A stretch of DNA of 64,000 nt from Eubacteriales bacterium (GCA_045533895.1 JAZSIT010000045.1:2499-66498), one strand, 5' to 3'. Shown: positions 53,155-63,190, counted from the stretch's first letter. The notes: generated from the sequence alone by a model not told the origin. Numbers and translations are program-made.

Positions 53155-53192
53155 CAAAAAAGACGGAGAAAAGCTTCTCCGTCTCTTTTTTA
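53155..53192. terminator. Bidirectional terminator
   Basis: A6-AGACGGAGAA-aagc-TTCTCCGTCT-CTTTTTT. Confidence 0.85.
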
Positions 53193-53909
53193 TTATTTAA
53201 TTACTGCATACAGCTTTTCGCTTGTTTCGGCGGGGGAGGAAAAATCCTTTTCTCCGTAAATTTTCACCGATGTAAAGCCTGCTTTGCGGGCGCAGGAGGA
53301 CAGCACTTCGGGCGAAAAATATTTTTGCACCGTTGTCTCGTCCTCTCTTGAATAACCGTATTCATCTGCGGCAAACATAGTAAGGTAAAAGGCACATTCG
53401 CCCTTTCCACCGTCCCATTCGTTTTGCCAGACCAGCATATCGTCATCAACCTCGTAAACGAAGCTGTTTGTTCCGTACACCTTTTCATAGCGGTAAAGGC
53501 TGTTTATATCGCAAACCATTACCCCGCCCTTTTCCATATAAAGGCGGCAGAGAGAAAGTGTTTTGGTAAGTTCTTCCTCGGAGGAAAGGTAATTAAGTGT
53601 ATCAAAAGAGCAGACTATTCCCTGCACCGTACCGTAAAGCTCAAAGGAGCGCATATCCTGATTAAGCAGCAATACGTCCTTTCCCGCAGTATTCTCACGG
53701 GCGCACATAAGCATTTCGGGCGAGATGTCAACACCCACGGTGTCATAACCCATATCTGCAAGGAGCGCGGTTATTCCGCCTGTGCCGCAGCCAAGGTCCA
53801 ACACTTCTTTAACCTTTATATCCGATTCGTTCTCAAAGCATTTACGGACAAATTCGGCATAAGAAGGGTATTCCGCACCGTTTACAATATCGTAGATTTT
53901 TTCTATCAT
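53193..53909 (-). CDS. Class I SAM-dependent methyltransferase
   Basis: VLDLGCGTGGIT motif I. 238 aa. 4-nt overlap with the upstream gene. Confidence 0.85.
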   Translation of the reverse strand: MIEKIYDIVNGAEYPSYAEFVRKCFENESDIKVKEVLDLGCGTGGITALLADMGYDTVGVDISPEMLMCARENTAGKDVLLLNQDMRSFELYGTVQGIVCSFDTLNYLSSEEELTKTLSLCRLYMEKGGVMVCDINSLYRYEKVYGTNSFVYEVDDDMLVWQNEWDGGKGECAFYLTMFAADEYGYSREDETTVQKYFSPEVLSSCARKAGFTSVKIYGEKDFSSPAETSEKLYAVIK

Positions 53910-56482
53910 TCTACAGTAATATTGATTCTGCCTACGCCGGACTGACCGGAAACGCCGTAATCCGCAATAACTTCAAACCAGTCTTCGCCGGTAAAGCCTT
54001 CGTAGGGGGTATAGATATAGGTGCCGTCTTCGCAAATGGTAACAGTGCCGTTAGCCGCACTTACCGCGATACGGATGCCGGAGCAGGTTATATCGGAAGT
54101 GGGAAGTGTAATAGTTCCGGTAACAGATTCGCCTGCTTTGCACACTGCGTCTTCCCCAGTGGGAGCTTCGTTAGGTGCGCCCAGCTTGCCCTTGATGAAC
54201 AAATAGGTTTCTTTATATATTACGTTGATTGCAGGGTTGGTGGAAACGAATGCGTTATATATAGCACCGGGCATACCTGCCAGATAGTACATGTGTACGC
54301 AGTCCTTCATAAAGCCGATTTCCGCGCCGACGTACAGATAGCTTCTGTAACGCTCTACCCACTTAACGTCGCTGGTGTCCTGAATCTCTATTTCAATGCT
54401 CATGCCGTAAAGCTTTGCGATAGCAGCCGCATCATAAATACGCTGGAGAGGAACTTCCTCGTTGAAGGCGTAGTTGGGCTGGAGGCAAGCGGTATCAAAG
54501 CCGAAATCTCTCCAGCTTGTGTTGCCGGAAGCGTTGAAATAAGGTATCCATGTGGTCTGGTATCCAAGGCTTCTTATATAATCGCAGATATAGTTACAAA
54601 GCTCCTGAACGTGAGGATCGGAACCGCTCATTTCCTCGACAAACCAATAGAAGCCGGAAAGACGGACGGAATCATAGCCCTTTGCCTCGAACGCCTTTAT
54701 CTGCTCATCAACAAACCATTTGAGAACCGCTTTTCTGTCATCAATATTGTTAAAGTTCATCTGCTTGCCGTTAAGCTCGCCGAAGTTGGTAGCGCCCATA
54801 ACGGGATAGAACAGAGACAGATAAGTACCTACGGAATAATCGTCATCAAGATCAAGCGCTTCCTTGGTTTCATCAACTGCGGCATCGAGAGCGTCAAAGT
54901 TATAGCCCTCCATAAACTGCCAGTCGATAAACGCCTGCCACTCTTCCTTGGTAAGCTGCTTTTTGGTGCCGCCGCTGTAAAGATATGAAACATAAGGCAG
55001 ATACATAAAGCCATCGAAATAAGTATCCTTGATCTCGCCGTCCTCAATATACGCAACGTATGCAAGATACTGCTCTTTGGTAACCTTAACGCTATTGGGC
55101 AAGAGATAAGAAAGCACTACATCGTGCATGCCGTCATACTGGTCGGGAGTGCCGTAGCCGGAAGAAACAACGGGAGCGGTAATGGGAGTTTCGGAGGGAT
55201 GAACGCCGTTTACCGCATTTTTGGTACCGAAAACTTCCAATTCATCAAGATATGCGTGGGTAGTAATAGCAAACGCTATCTTTACGTATCTTGCTTTATA
55301 GGCTTTATCAAAGCTTCCGCCGTATTCAACACGCGAGCTGGTTGCGGTAGAGGATATTTTTTCTTCATAAACGGTAAACCACTCGCTGCCGTCAAGAGAA
55401 ACGGAAACCGAGAAGGTCTGGGGAAGTCTTATACCGGGGCCGTGAGATGCAAGGAAGCCTGCATTAACGCCGTCAACAGAAGCGATAGCGCCGAGGTCAT
55501 AAACCGCAACTCTGCCGGTACCGTGGGTGTTGCGGAACCACTTGGTATCACCCATCTCCGCACGGGTAGCGTACTTACCGTCGGTAAGAAGACCGGTTGA
55601 AGGAAGGGTGTTGTAGCTGGCAACAACCAGATCGGTCTGTACATCGGTAAGTGCTTCGTATGTAACGGTAGGCAGACCGAGAATAAGGTTCTGGCGGGTG
55701 TTGTAATCCGCCGCAGAGGAATCAAAATACTTTTCGCCCTCTATTACAGGAATATCAGCCGCGCCGTAATAAGTATTAATACCGTTGAACTGGGTCTTTC
55801 TTACTTCGCCGTAAGAATATACAGATACTTCGTCCAACAGCATATTGGCACCGTTAAGACCCTCAAAGGTAAACTTAACGTATCTTGCACTTACTGTTCC
55901 GCGAAGGTTAACGCTCATCATGTGGCGGGCTTTGTCTGCCTGAGCTTCGTTGTATTCATAAAGTCCGATATTCTTCCAGTTTTCGCCGTCCTCGGAAATG
56001 TAAACGAACATAACGTCGCACATATCGGCGCCGTACTGGGTATTTCTGCAGGAGGAAGCTTCAAAATCGCAAAGGTCGGTATAAACCTCGCCTAAATCGA
56101 CAACAATCTCGGTGCCGTTTTCGGTAATTCCCATCCAGCCCTTTTTAACAAACTTGTAGTGGCTGTCCTTAAAATCGCCGTCGGTGAGATAATCATCATC
56201 AGGGAAGTTTTCACTTGTGGAAGAAGTGGTGTATTTCTTGCCCTCTGCACGGTTGATACGGTCAGCGCTGCGGTCAGCTTCGCCTTTAATGGCATCGGTA
56301 CGGTCTGCAAGCATTTTGTCTACATCGTCCTTGGTGAGAGTGTAGGAAGGCTGTGCAACAACGCTTTCTTCACCTGAAACTGTGTCACTTACATCGGCAT
56401 TGCTCACGTTGGATCCGGTGTTGCACGCCGACAGCAGTAAAACCGCAGCCAAGCAGACACAAATTAACTTTTTCATGTTCAT
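53906..56482 (-). CDS. Large lipoprotein: two discoidin/F5-8-type-C-like domains, a DUF4855-like TIM-barrel-type domain and a C-terminal Ig-like domain
   Basis: LLSAC lipobox. YVKFTFEGLNG...LDEVSVY and YVKIAFAI...LDELEVF. GFYWFVEE...WIPYF. C-terminal GTYIYTPYEGFTGEDWFEV. DUF4855 is assigned from memory of the family pattern. Confidence 0.7.
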   Translation of the reverse strand: MNMKKLICVCLAAVLLLSACNTGSNVSNADVSDTVSGEESVVAQPSYTLTKDDVDKMLADRTDAIKGEADRSADRINRAEGKKYTTSSTSENFPDDDYLTDGDFKDSHYKFVKKGWMGITENGTEIVVDLGEVYTDLCDFEASSCRNTQYGADMCDVMFVYISEDGENWKNIGLYEYNEAQADKARHMMSVNLRGTVSARYVKFTFEGLNGANMLLDEVSVYSYGEVRKTQFNGINTYYGAADIPVIEGEKYFDSSAADYNTRQNLILGLPTVTYEALTDVQTDLVVASYNTLPSTGLLTDGKYATRAEMGDTKWFRNTHGTGRVAVYDLGAIASVDGVNAGFLASHGPGIRLPQTFSVSVSLDGSEWFTVYEEKISSTATSSRVEYGGSFDKAYKARYVKIAFAITTHAYLDELEVFGTKNAVNGVHPSETPITAPVVSSGYGTPDQYDGMHDVVLSYLLPNSVKVTKEQYLAYVAYIEDGEIKDTYFDGFMYLPYVSYLYSGGTKKQLTKEEWQAFIDWQFMEGYNFDALDAAVDETKEALDLDDDYSVGTYLSLFYPVMGATNFGELNGKQMNFNNIDDRKAVLKWFVDEQIKAFEAKGYDSVRLSGFYWFVEEMSGSDPHVQELCNYICDYIRSLGYQTTWIPYFNASGNTSWRDFGFDTACLQPNYAFNEEVPLQRIYDAAAIAKLYGMSIEIEIQDTSDVKWVERYRSYLYVGAEIGFMKDCVHMYYLAGMPGAIYNAFVSTNPAINVIYKETYLFIKGKLGAPNEAPTGEDAVCKAGESVTGTITLPTSDITCSGIRIAVSAANGTVTICEDGTYIYTPYEGFTGEDWFEVIADYGVSGQSGVGRINITVE

Positions 56483-57471
56483 GTTCCTGTTTCTCCTTTA
56501 AATTTGTCATAGGTTTTTTTAAGCATATCCTGCATTTGTTTTTTTGCGTTTTCAGGCTCTGTGACGGTAACCATTCCGCCTAAGGAAAACACCCAGCCGT
56601 AAAATTGGGGGCTTAACTGTACCGGAACGGTTATGTAAAATCCGCCTGCCCCGTCGGTACGGACAGGCACATCTCTGCCGAAACGGTCGGTCATGACACC
56701 TGCCAGAGAGCCATCGCAATGCAAGGTGACAAACTGTCTGTCCCCCGTATACATTGCAAAGGCAGAAGCCACGTATTTTTCCATATCAAGCTTGTTATGA
56801 GGTTGTGTTTTGCTTTCAAGTATTTTAAGCCCCGAAAGCTTATCCGCCCTGTAATGCTTTATTTCGTCATTTTCGTAGGCAACAAGATAATAATAATCTC
56901 CGCTTCGCACCATGCTCACGGGGTCAACGATATAGGTCTTTCCCTCTCGTCTGTAACGGCGTATAATTCCGCTTCCCTCAAGCACATACTCAAAGTAACG
57001 GAAGGACACCTGTTTGCCCAGATGAATTGCATCGAAAACACGGTCGATAGAATAAAACACCGTTTCGTTGTCTGTACGGGTGGAATCCCCGATTATTTGG
57101 CGTTTCATTAAAAGTCCCTTGTTTTTGCCTGCAAGAGACGCCAACTTATCTGTAAGACGGGCAGATTTTGTTTGTGAAATAAACCGAGAAGACTGCACCG
57201 CGTCAATAAGCAGTTTTATCTCCGGCAGTTCAAAATAACGGGAGGCAAGAAAATAGCCGCCCTTTTTGCCGCCGACATAAATAATATCCGCGCCGTAATC
57301 GCGAAGCGCCTCTATATCCGTATATATGGATTTACGCTCCGCTTTTATGCCAAGATTGTCTAAATACGAAATTATCTCGCCCATGGAAGCCACACGGTTT
57401 TCATCCGTATTTTCTTTAAGATAATCCAGCAAATATAAAAGCTTTAGTTTTTGTCCTGAACTTTTAGGCAT
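56479..57471 (-). CDS. HTH plus WYL-domain transcriptional regulator
   Basis: KLKLLYLLDYLKENTD...MGEIISYL wHTH. FRYFEY...YYLVAYENDEIKHYRADKL WYL region. 4-nt overlap with the downstream lipoprotein gene. Confidence 0.85.
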   Translation of the reverse strand: MPKSSGQKLKLLYLLDYLKENTDENRVASMGEIISYLDNLGIKAERKSIYTDIEALRDYGADIIYVGGKKGGYFLASRYFELPEIKLLIDAVQSSRFISQTKSARLTDKLASLAGKNKGLLMKRQIIGDSTRTDNETVFYSIDRVFDAIHLGKQVSFRYFEYVLEGSGIIRRYRREGKTYIVDPVSMVRSGDYYYLVAYENDEIKHYRADKLSGLKILESKTQPHNKLDMEKYVASAFAMYTGDRQFVTLHCDGSLAGVMTDRFGRDVPVRTDGAGGFYITVPVQLSPQFYGWVFSLGGMVTVTEPENAKKQMQDMLKKTYDKFKGETGT

Positions 57472-57511
57472 AAATAAAATAAAAAGCGGGAGCGGCTTTG
57501 AACCGTCCCGC
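57472..57511 (-). terminator. Hairpin plus U-tract after murA, ending at the WYL gene ATG
   Basis: GCGGGA(g)CGG-loop-CCGTCCCGC. The minus strand is followed by TTTTTATTTTATTT. Confidence 0.55.
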
Positions 57512-57526
57512 AGAATCGGTTATTTC

Positions 57527-58819
57527 TTATATTGCTTTGGAGGAAGAAGCATCGTCGGGCACGTAAATTTTTTTGATATCCGCTCCCGCGCCGCTTAATT
57601 TTTCAACTAAATGCTCGTAGCCTCTTTCAATATGATAAATATTTTCAATAACAGTCTCGCCCTCGGTAGCAAGCGCCGCAATAACCATTGCAGCTCCTGC
57701 GCGAAGATCAGAGCATTTTACGATAGCGGGCTTTAAGGGTTTACCGCCCTCAATAACCGCTTTTCTGCCCTCCACGTTAATGGATGCGCCCATACGGGTA
57801 AGCTCCGAAACGTATTTGAAGCGGGTGTCCCACACGCCCTCCGTAAGAATACTGGTGCCTTGTGCCAAGCAAAGAAGCACGCATATCTGGGGGTTCATAT
57901 CGGTAGGATAACCGGGATAAGGCATGGTTTTGACGTTTATTCTGCGCAAAGGTCCCTGCGCGGGCTTTACACGGACAGCGTCGCCGTAATCCTCAACCTC
58001 AACACCCATTTCCTCTAACTTTGCGGTTATGGATTCAAGATGCTTGGGAATTACGTTTTCGATAGTAAGGTCGCTTCCCGTTGCGGCGGCTGCCATCATA
58101 AAGGTGCCTGCCTCAATCATATCGGGAATAATAGCATAAGTAACGCCGTGTAGAGACTCTACGCCGCGAATTTTTATAACGTCCGTACCTGCGCCGGAAA
58201 TATCTGCGCCGCAGGTGTTGAGGAAGTTTGCAACGTCAACAATATGAGGCTCTTTTGCCGCGTTATCGATAACTGTCATACCCTTGGCAAGAACAGCAGA
58301 GAGCATAATGTTTATTGTCGCACCCACGGAAACGATATCCATATATATGGAGGAACCGGTAAGTCCCTGCTCTGCGGAGCATTGGATACAGCCGTCCACC
58401 ACTTCTACGGAAGCACCCAGCGCCTCAAAGCCTTTGATGTGCTGGTCGATAGGTCTGACACCGAAATCACATCCGCCGGGGCATGCGGCGCGGGAAACGC
58501 CGAATCTGCCCAATTCCGCACCGACAACGTAATATGAAGCGCGCATAGAACGCGCCAAATCGTAGGGCATGGTGCAGGGGCGCACGTCTTTGGTATCTAT
58601 CTCCACCGTAGTACGGTCGATCATTCTGACTCTCGCTCCCATAGCGGACAAAATATCCAGAGAGCTTTTAATATCGCTTATTTCGGGAAGGTTTTCGATA
58701 ACGCATTTATCCCCCACCAAAATGGTACCCAGAAGGATGGGAAGCGCTGCGTTTTTCATACCGCCCACAGTTATACTGCCGTGCAGACGTTTACCGCCTA
58801 TGACAGAGATTTTTTCCAT
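57527..58819 (-). CDS. murA: UDP-N-acetylglucosamine 1-carboxyvinyltransferase
   Basis: MEKISVIGGKRLHGSITVGGMKNAALPIL. Active-site ACPGGCDFGVRPID. 430 aa. Confidence 0.96.
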   Translation of the reverse strand: MEKISVIGGKRLHGSITVGGMKNAALPILLGTILVGDKCVIENLPEISDIKSSLDILSAMGARVRMIDRTTVEIDTKDVRPCTMPYDLARSMRASYYVVGAELGRFGVSRAACPGGCDFGVRPIDQHIKGFEALGASVEVVDGCIQCSAEQGLTGSSIYMDIVSVGATINIMLSAVLAKGMTVIDNAAKEPHIVDVANFLNTCGADISGAGTDVIKIRGVESLHGVTYAIIPDMIEAGTFMMAAAATGSDLTIENVIPKHLESITAKLEEMGVEVEDYGDAVRVKPAQGPLRRINVKTMPYPGYPTDMNPQICVLLCLAQGTSILTEGVWDTRFKYVSELTRMGASINVEGRKAVIEGGKPLKPAIVKCSDLRAGAAMVIAALATEGETVIENIYHIERGYEHLVEKLSGAGADIKKIYVPDDASSSKAI

Positions 58820-58931
58820 TTATAAACACCTTTCGGATAAGTTTTCATAATTACTCTATATTATAATAACAGAAAAAAGGTTTTTGTCAAGGGTTTAACT
58901 GTTAATACATAGTATGCAACGCAAAAATTTC

Positions 58932-58960
58932 TTGACAAAACAGTTGTTTTATAGGATAAT
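58932..58960 (+). promoter_or_regulatory. Promoter of the RNase J gene
   Basis: TTGACA-17-GATAAT. Confidence 0.6.
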
Positions 58961-59031
58961 ATATAAGGCATATTTTGGATTTTGCGCTGTAGGCGTGTAT
59001 ATACATAACTAAATTTAAGAAAGGAACACTA

Positions 59032-60807
59032 ATGGCTAAAAAGAAAGAAAAAGAAACTGTAAAGAAGGAAAAGAAGGCGCCTGTTAAGGCAAAGAAAATA
59101 AAAGAACCAAAAAACAAGACACCCCGTCCCGAGAAGGGCGAAAAGCTTAAGGTAATACCTATCGGCGGTGTTGACGGTATCGGCATGAATATGACACTCC
59201 TTGAGCACGGCGAGGATATTATCGCTGTGGACTGCGGCGTGTCTTTCCCGCAGGACGATATGCCCGGCGTTGACCTTGTAATACCCGATTTTACCTATCT
59301 ACTCCGCAACGAGGACCGCTTCCGCGCACTTATCCTCACCCACGGACACGAGGACCATATCGGTGCGGTGCCTTATCTGTTAAAGCAGATAAACGTGCCT
59401 GTATACGGCACCCGTCTTACGCTGGGGATACTGAAATTAAAGCTGGCGGAGCACGGTATTAAAAATCCCGACCTGCGCGAAGTTTATCCCGGTGACACAG
59501 AGGATTTCGGAAGCGCGTTTAACGTTGAGTTTATCAAGGTAAATCACTCCATACCCGATGCGGTGGCGCTGTGCGTTACCACTCCCGTGGGCAGAGTTAT
59601 CCACACGGGAGATTTCAAAATAGACCTCACCCCCACCGAGGGCGACAAGCCTATTGACCTGTACCGTCTTGCGGCGCTGGGGCACAAAGGGGTAAAGCTG
59701 CTTATGGCAGATTCCACCAATGCGGAGCGTGAGGGTTACACGCCCTCCGAGAGCATTGTGGGTCTGTCTTTTGACAAGATATTTTATAACTGCGAAAAGC
59801 GTATTGTAATAGCGACCTTTTCCTCCAACGTGCACCGTATACAGCAGGTTATTAACGCCGCCGTAAAGTACGGCAGAAAGGTGGCTGTAACGGGCAGAAG
59901 CATGCTTAACGTGGTGAAAGCCGCCACCGAGCTGGGATATATGTGGGTGCCCGAGGGAACTATTATAGACCCTGCTGAAATGAAGCTGTATAAAGACAGC
60001 CAGCTCACTCTCCTTACCACGGGAAGCCAGGGCGAGCCTATGAGCGGTCTTTACCGTATGGCAAACGGAGAGCATTCTCTTATTTCTCTTGGCAGAAACG
60101 ACTTAGTAGTATTGTCTGCATCTGCCATTCCCGGCAACGAAAAGCTTATTGGAAACATTGTAAACTGTCTGTGGAAGCGCGGTGCTGAGGTTATGACAGT
60201 GGACACCGAGGAAAGCGTACACGTTTCCGGTCACGCCTGCAGAGAAGAATTAAAGCTTATGCACGCGCTGACAAAGCCCGAATTTTTCGTGCCTCTTCAT
60301 GGCGAATATAAGCATCTGTGCGCACACGCGGCGTTGGCGAAGGAAATGGGTATGTCCGGCAAGAACATTCTTATACCCGAAAACGGAAAGATTATTGAGG
60401 TGGGCAAGCGCGGTCTGGCGTCCGGCGGAACAGTGCCCGCAGAGCAGGTGCTTGTTGACGGTTACGGCGTGGGCGACGTAGGCGCTACCGTTCTGAAGGA
60501 CAGACTGCATCTGGCGGAGGACGGTATAATAGTCGTGTCTGCCACTGTGGATTTTACCATTCAGGAAATGACCGCAGGACCGGAAATATTGACAAGAGGC
60601 TTTGTTTACGCAAAAGAAAACGAAGATCTGCTTGATGATCTTACGGACAAGGCGGCAGAACTGATAAGAAAAGCGGTATACAACGGAAAGCCTGATATGT
60701 ATGCCCTTAAGGAACGGGTGAAGACTTCCCTTTCCTCCTACGTTTACGGAAAGACCAAGAAAAAGCCTATTGTTCTCCCCGTATTTACGGAGAGCGAAAT
60801 ATATTAA
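59032..60807 (+). CDS. rnj: Ribonuclease J with a Lys-rich N-terminal extension of about 38 aa
   Basis: KVIPIGGVDGIGMNMTLLE, THGHEDHIGAVPYL. Beta-CASP plus C-terminal domain. No in-frame alternative start between 59032 and the conserved core. Confidence 0.92.
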   Translation: MAKKKEKETVKKEKKAPVKAKKIKEPKNKTPRPEKGEKLKVIPIGGVDGIGMNMTLLEHGEDIIAVDCGVSFPQDDMPGVDLVIPDFTYLLRNEDRFRALILTHGHEDHIGAVPYLLKQINVPVYGTRLTLGILKLKLAEHGIKNPDLREVYPGDTEDFGSAFNVEFIKVNHSIPDAVALCVTTPVGRVIHTGDFKIDLTPTEGDKPIDLYRLAALGHKGVKLLMADSTNAEREGYTPSESIVGLSFDKIFYNCEKRIVIATFSSNVHRIQQVINAAVKYGRKVAVTGRSMLNVVKAATELGYMWVPEGTIIDPAEMKLYKDSQLTLLTTGSQGEPMSGLYRMANGEHSLISLGRNDLVVLSASAIPGNEKLIGNIVNCLWKRGAEVMTVDTEESVHVSGHACREELKLMHALTKPEFFVPLHGEYKHLCAHAALAKEMGMSGKNILIPENGKIIEVGKRGLASGGTVPAEQVLVDGYGVGDVGATVLKDRLHLAEDGIIVVSATVDFTIQEMTAGPEILTRGFVYAKENEDLLDDLTDKAAELIRKAVYNGKPDMYALKERVKTSLSSYVYGKTKKKPIVLPVFTESEIY

Positions 60808-60821
60808 AGGGAGAAAGCAAG

Positions 60822-61523
60822 ATGAAAAGCGTACTCATTACCGGCGCATCCCGCGGTATCGGCGAAGAATGTGCAAGAGTATTTGCCAAAAACGGCTGGA
60901 AGGTATACCTTAACTGCCGCAAAAACGTGGCGTTGCTTGAAGAATTAAAAAACGAGCTTCCCGACAGCGAGATTGTCCCTTTTGACGTTTCGGACAAAAG
61001 GGCGGTTTATGAGAATATAGAAAAGCTTGATATAGACTGTCTGGTAAACAATGCGGGAGTTGCATTGTTTTCCCCCTTTGACGCGGTTACGGATGAGCAG
61101 GAGCAAGCACTTTACGGCACCAACCTCTTTGGTGTGCTCAACTGTTCCCGTGCGGTGCTTCCCCAAATGATACGCCGCAAAAGCGGCTGTATAATCAATC
61201 TTTCTTCCATGTGGGGAGAAGCGGGCGGAAGCTGTGAGGTAGACTATTCTGCGGCGAAGGGCGCAGTGATTTCCTTTACAAAAGCCCTTGCCAAGGAGGT
61301 TGGTCCCTGCAATATCAGAGTAAACTGCGTGTGTCCCGGTGTTATCGATACGGACATGAACGCCCATCTCTCCTTTGCGGAAACCCAGGCACTGGTAGAG
61401 GAAATACCTTTGGAGCGTCTTGGCAGAGGCGAGGACGTGGCAAACGCCGTGTATTTTCTGGCAACCGAGAAAGCCGACTATATTACCGGCGCGGTATTGG
61501 ATGTTAACGGCGGGATAATATAA
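60822..61523 (+). CDS. Short-chain dehydrogenase/reductase (FabG-like)
   Basis: TGASRGIG, NNAG, YSAAK. Confidence 0.88.
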   Translation: MKSVLITGASRGIGEECARVFAKNGWKVYLNCRKNVALLEELKNELPDSEIVPFDVSDKRAVYENIEKLDIDCLVNNAGVALFSPFDAVTDEQEQALYGTNLFGVLNCSRAVLPQMIRRKSGCIINLSSMWGEAGGSCEVDYSAAKGAVISFTKALAKEVGPCNIRVNCVCPGVIDTDMNAHLSFAETQALVEEIPLERLGRGEDVANAVYFLATEKADYITGAVLDVNGGII

Positions 61524-61591
61524 CACTCAAAGGTTTTGATACGGAAGGGGCAAGCCCCTTCCCTACAATACACCCATAGCATAGCAACAAC

Positions 61592-61617
61592 AAAACGCCC
61601 GTCGCGGGCGTTTTTTG
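61592..61617. terminator. Bidirectional terminator
   Basis: AAAACGCCCG-tcg-CGGGCGTTTTTT. Confidence 0.8.
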
Positions 61618-61625
61618 TATCCGTA

Positions 61626-62453
61626 TTATTTTTCATTCACGGTAAAAATGAATTTAAGTTCGGCGGTATCTGTGCCGGACTCGGCAATAAGCTTGGAAAT
61701 CATATCGCCTGTTATCGTCACCTTTGCTCTTTTATTGTAGGGAAAAACGCTGTAATTCTGCAAAACACGCTCGCCGTCAACAACGCGGTAAAACAAAAGT
61801 TTATCTCTCGTATCATAGCGTTTGAACACAACCGATATAACAATTTTATCATACTCAACCTGCCCCTTTTCAAAGCCGATGGTTATGACGTTTTCTTCTT
61901 CATCGAAGGAGAGGTCGGTGTGGCGGCGTATAAACCCTCTGCCGGTGACGTATACCTGTATGAAATCAACGATCTCGTTGTTTTCGTCGGCTTCGTAATG
62001 CAGAGAGGTCTCATAGGTTTCACTATACCGCCTTTCGTATTCATCAATATATCCGTTTCGGTTATAATCGCCATCGACAATAAAATTCAGCGCGCCGCCG
62101 TCTTCTACCAGAAAATACAGCGTGTTGCCCTTTTTGAATAAATGATAATATGTACCGAAGCATATTGACGGAAGCAATGCGGCGCACAAAAACAGCGGCC
62201 ATATACGAATACGCCTATCAATAAAATCGATAATCAATTCCACTATTCCGCCAAATACCAAAGAACCGATAGTAATTAAAAAGAAATAGTATCCTACTCC
62301 CCACGAAGGCGGAATGTATCCTCCCGGTTCAGGCGTGTGGTCGTATGCGGCGTTATAGAATACCAAAAACGCTCCGAGGCATACCAGCGCCACGCACAAA
62401 GCAAACACTGCAACTATTATTGGATATGCTCTTTTTTTGGTTTTCTTGTTCAC
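61626..62453 (-). CDS. Membrane protein (3 TM plus C-terminal soluble domain), unknown function
   Basis: The GTG at 62453 sits 7 nt after AAAGGAGGGGG. The 39-aa upstream ORF extension has no RBS. Confidence 0.65.
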   Translation of the reverse strand: MNKKTKKRAYPIIVAVFALCVALVCLGAFLVFYNAAYDHTPEPGGYIPPSWGVGYYFFLITIGSLVFGGIVELIIDFIDRRIRIWPLFLCAALLPSICFGTYYHLFKKGNTLYFLVEDGGALNFIVDGDYNRNGYIDEYERRYSETYETSLHYEADENNEIVDFIQVYVTGRGFIRRHTDLSFDEEENVITIGFEKGQVEYDKIVISVVFKRYDTRDKLLFYRVVDGERVLQNYSVFPYNKRAKVTITGDMISKLIAESGTDTAELKFIFTVNEK

Positions 62454-62620
62454 GGTGGTTCCCCCTCCTTTTGTATTACTGTAATACACAAACATGTATA
62501 TTTTACCAAAAACAAATGAACCTTTTGTAAATACTGCCGTAAGTATACCATACAACAACACAAAACTCAACGTTTATGAAAATATACCCGAAAATATTTG
62601 AGAAAAATACGAAAAAAGAC

Positions 62621-62649
62621 TTGATTTTCTTTGAAATGCGTGATATAAT
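62621..62649 (+). promoter_or_regulatory. Promoter of rplS
   Basis: TTGATT-17-TATAAT with a TGa extension. Confidence 0.65.
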
Positions 62650-62655
62650 TGCGTG

Positions 62656-62731
62656 TCAAGAAATCGGGCGGTCCTCTGCGGCTCGGCAAGAACGCCTGTG
62701 AACTTTTAATATTAAAAGGAGGAAAAGCTTT
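62656..62731 (+). ncRNA. Candidate L19 ribosomal-protein leader (autoregulatory 5' UTR)
   Basis: A GC-rich 5' UTR of about 76 nt (GGGCGGTCCTCTGCGGCTCGGC...) lies between the promoter and the rplS RBS. An L19 leader is known in Firmicutes, but I cannot verify the fold here. Confidence 0.3.
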
Positions 62732-63073
62732 ATGGATATGTTGAAAGCTTTTACAGACGAGCAGCTTAAGACCGAGGTTCCTTCCTTCAAGGTTGGCGAT
62801 ACCGTTAGAGTTCACAACCGCATTGTTGAAGGCACCAGAGTAAGAACCCAGCTGTTTGAAGGCACTGTTATTGCAAAGAAGAATGGTGGTATTTCCGAAA
62901 CCTTTACCGTACGTCGCGTTTCTTACGGTGTTGGTACCGAGAAGACCTTCCCCCTTCATTCCCCCAACGTGCTCAAGGTTGAAGTTATCCGTAACGGTAA
63001 GGTACGCAGAGCTAAGCTTTACTACCTGCGTGACCGTGTAGGTAAGGCAGCTAAGGTTAAGGAACAGATCTAA
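62732..63073 (+). CDS. rplS: 50S ribosomal protein L19
   Basis: [44 protein letters not shown]. Confidence 0.97.
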   Translation: MDMLKAFTDEQLKTEVPSFKVGDTVRVHNRIVEGTRVRTQLFEGTVIAKKNGGISETFTVRRVSYGVGTEKTFPLHSPNVLKVEVIRNGKVRRAKLYYLRDRVGKAAKVKEQI

Positions 63074-63190
63074 CCGGCTAACCGCATTTTGCACGTAAAA
63101 AGAAAAACTGCATAAATGCAAGGGCAAGGCGGCACTTCGCCTGTCAGCGCAAAGCAAAAATGCTGCCTATGCGCAATACCAAGGTAAAAG

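Noticed and set aside
61543-61562. A perfect GGAAGGGGC-aa-GCCCCTTCC palindrome 20 nt after the SDR gene stop.
   Set aside because: The 2-nt loop and absent U-tract argue against a terminator, and the real terminator follows at 61592. There is no second copy in the window, so I cannot assign a role.
63074-63190. A structured stretch of about 115 nt between the rplS stop and its terminator, with several short stems, considered as a possible sRNA.
   Set aside because: I cannot distinguish it from an ordinary 3' UTR by eye. It has no promoter of its own and no recognisable family.
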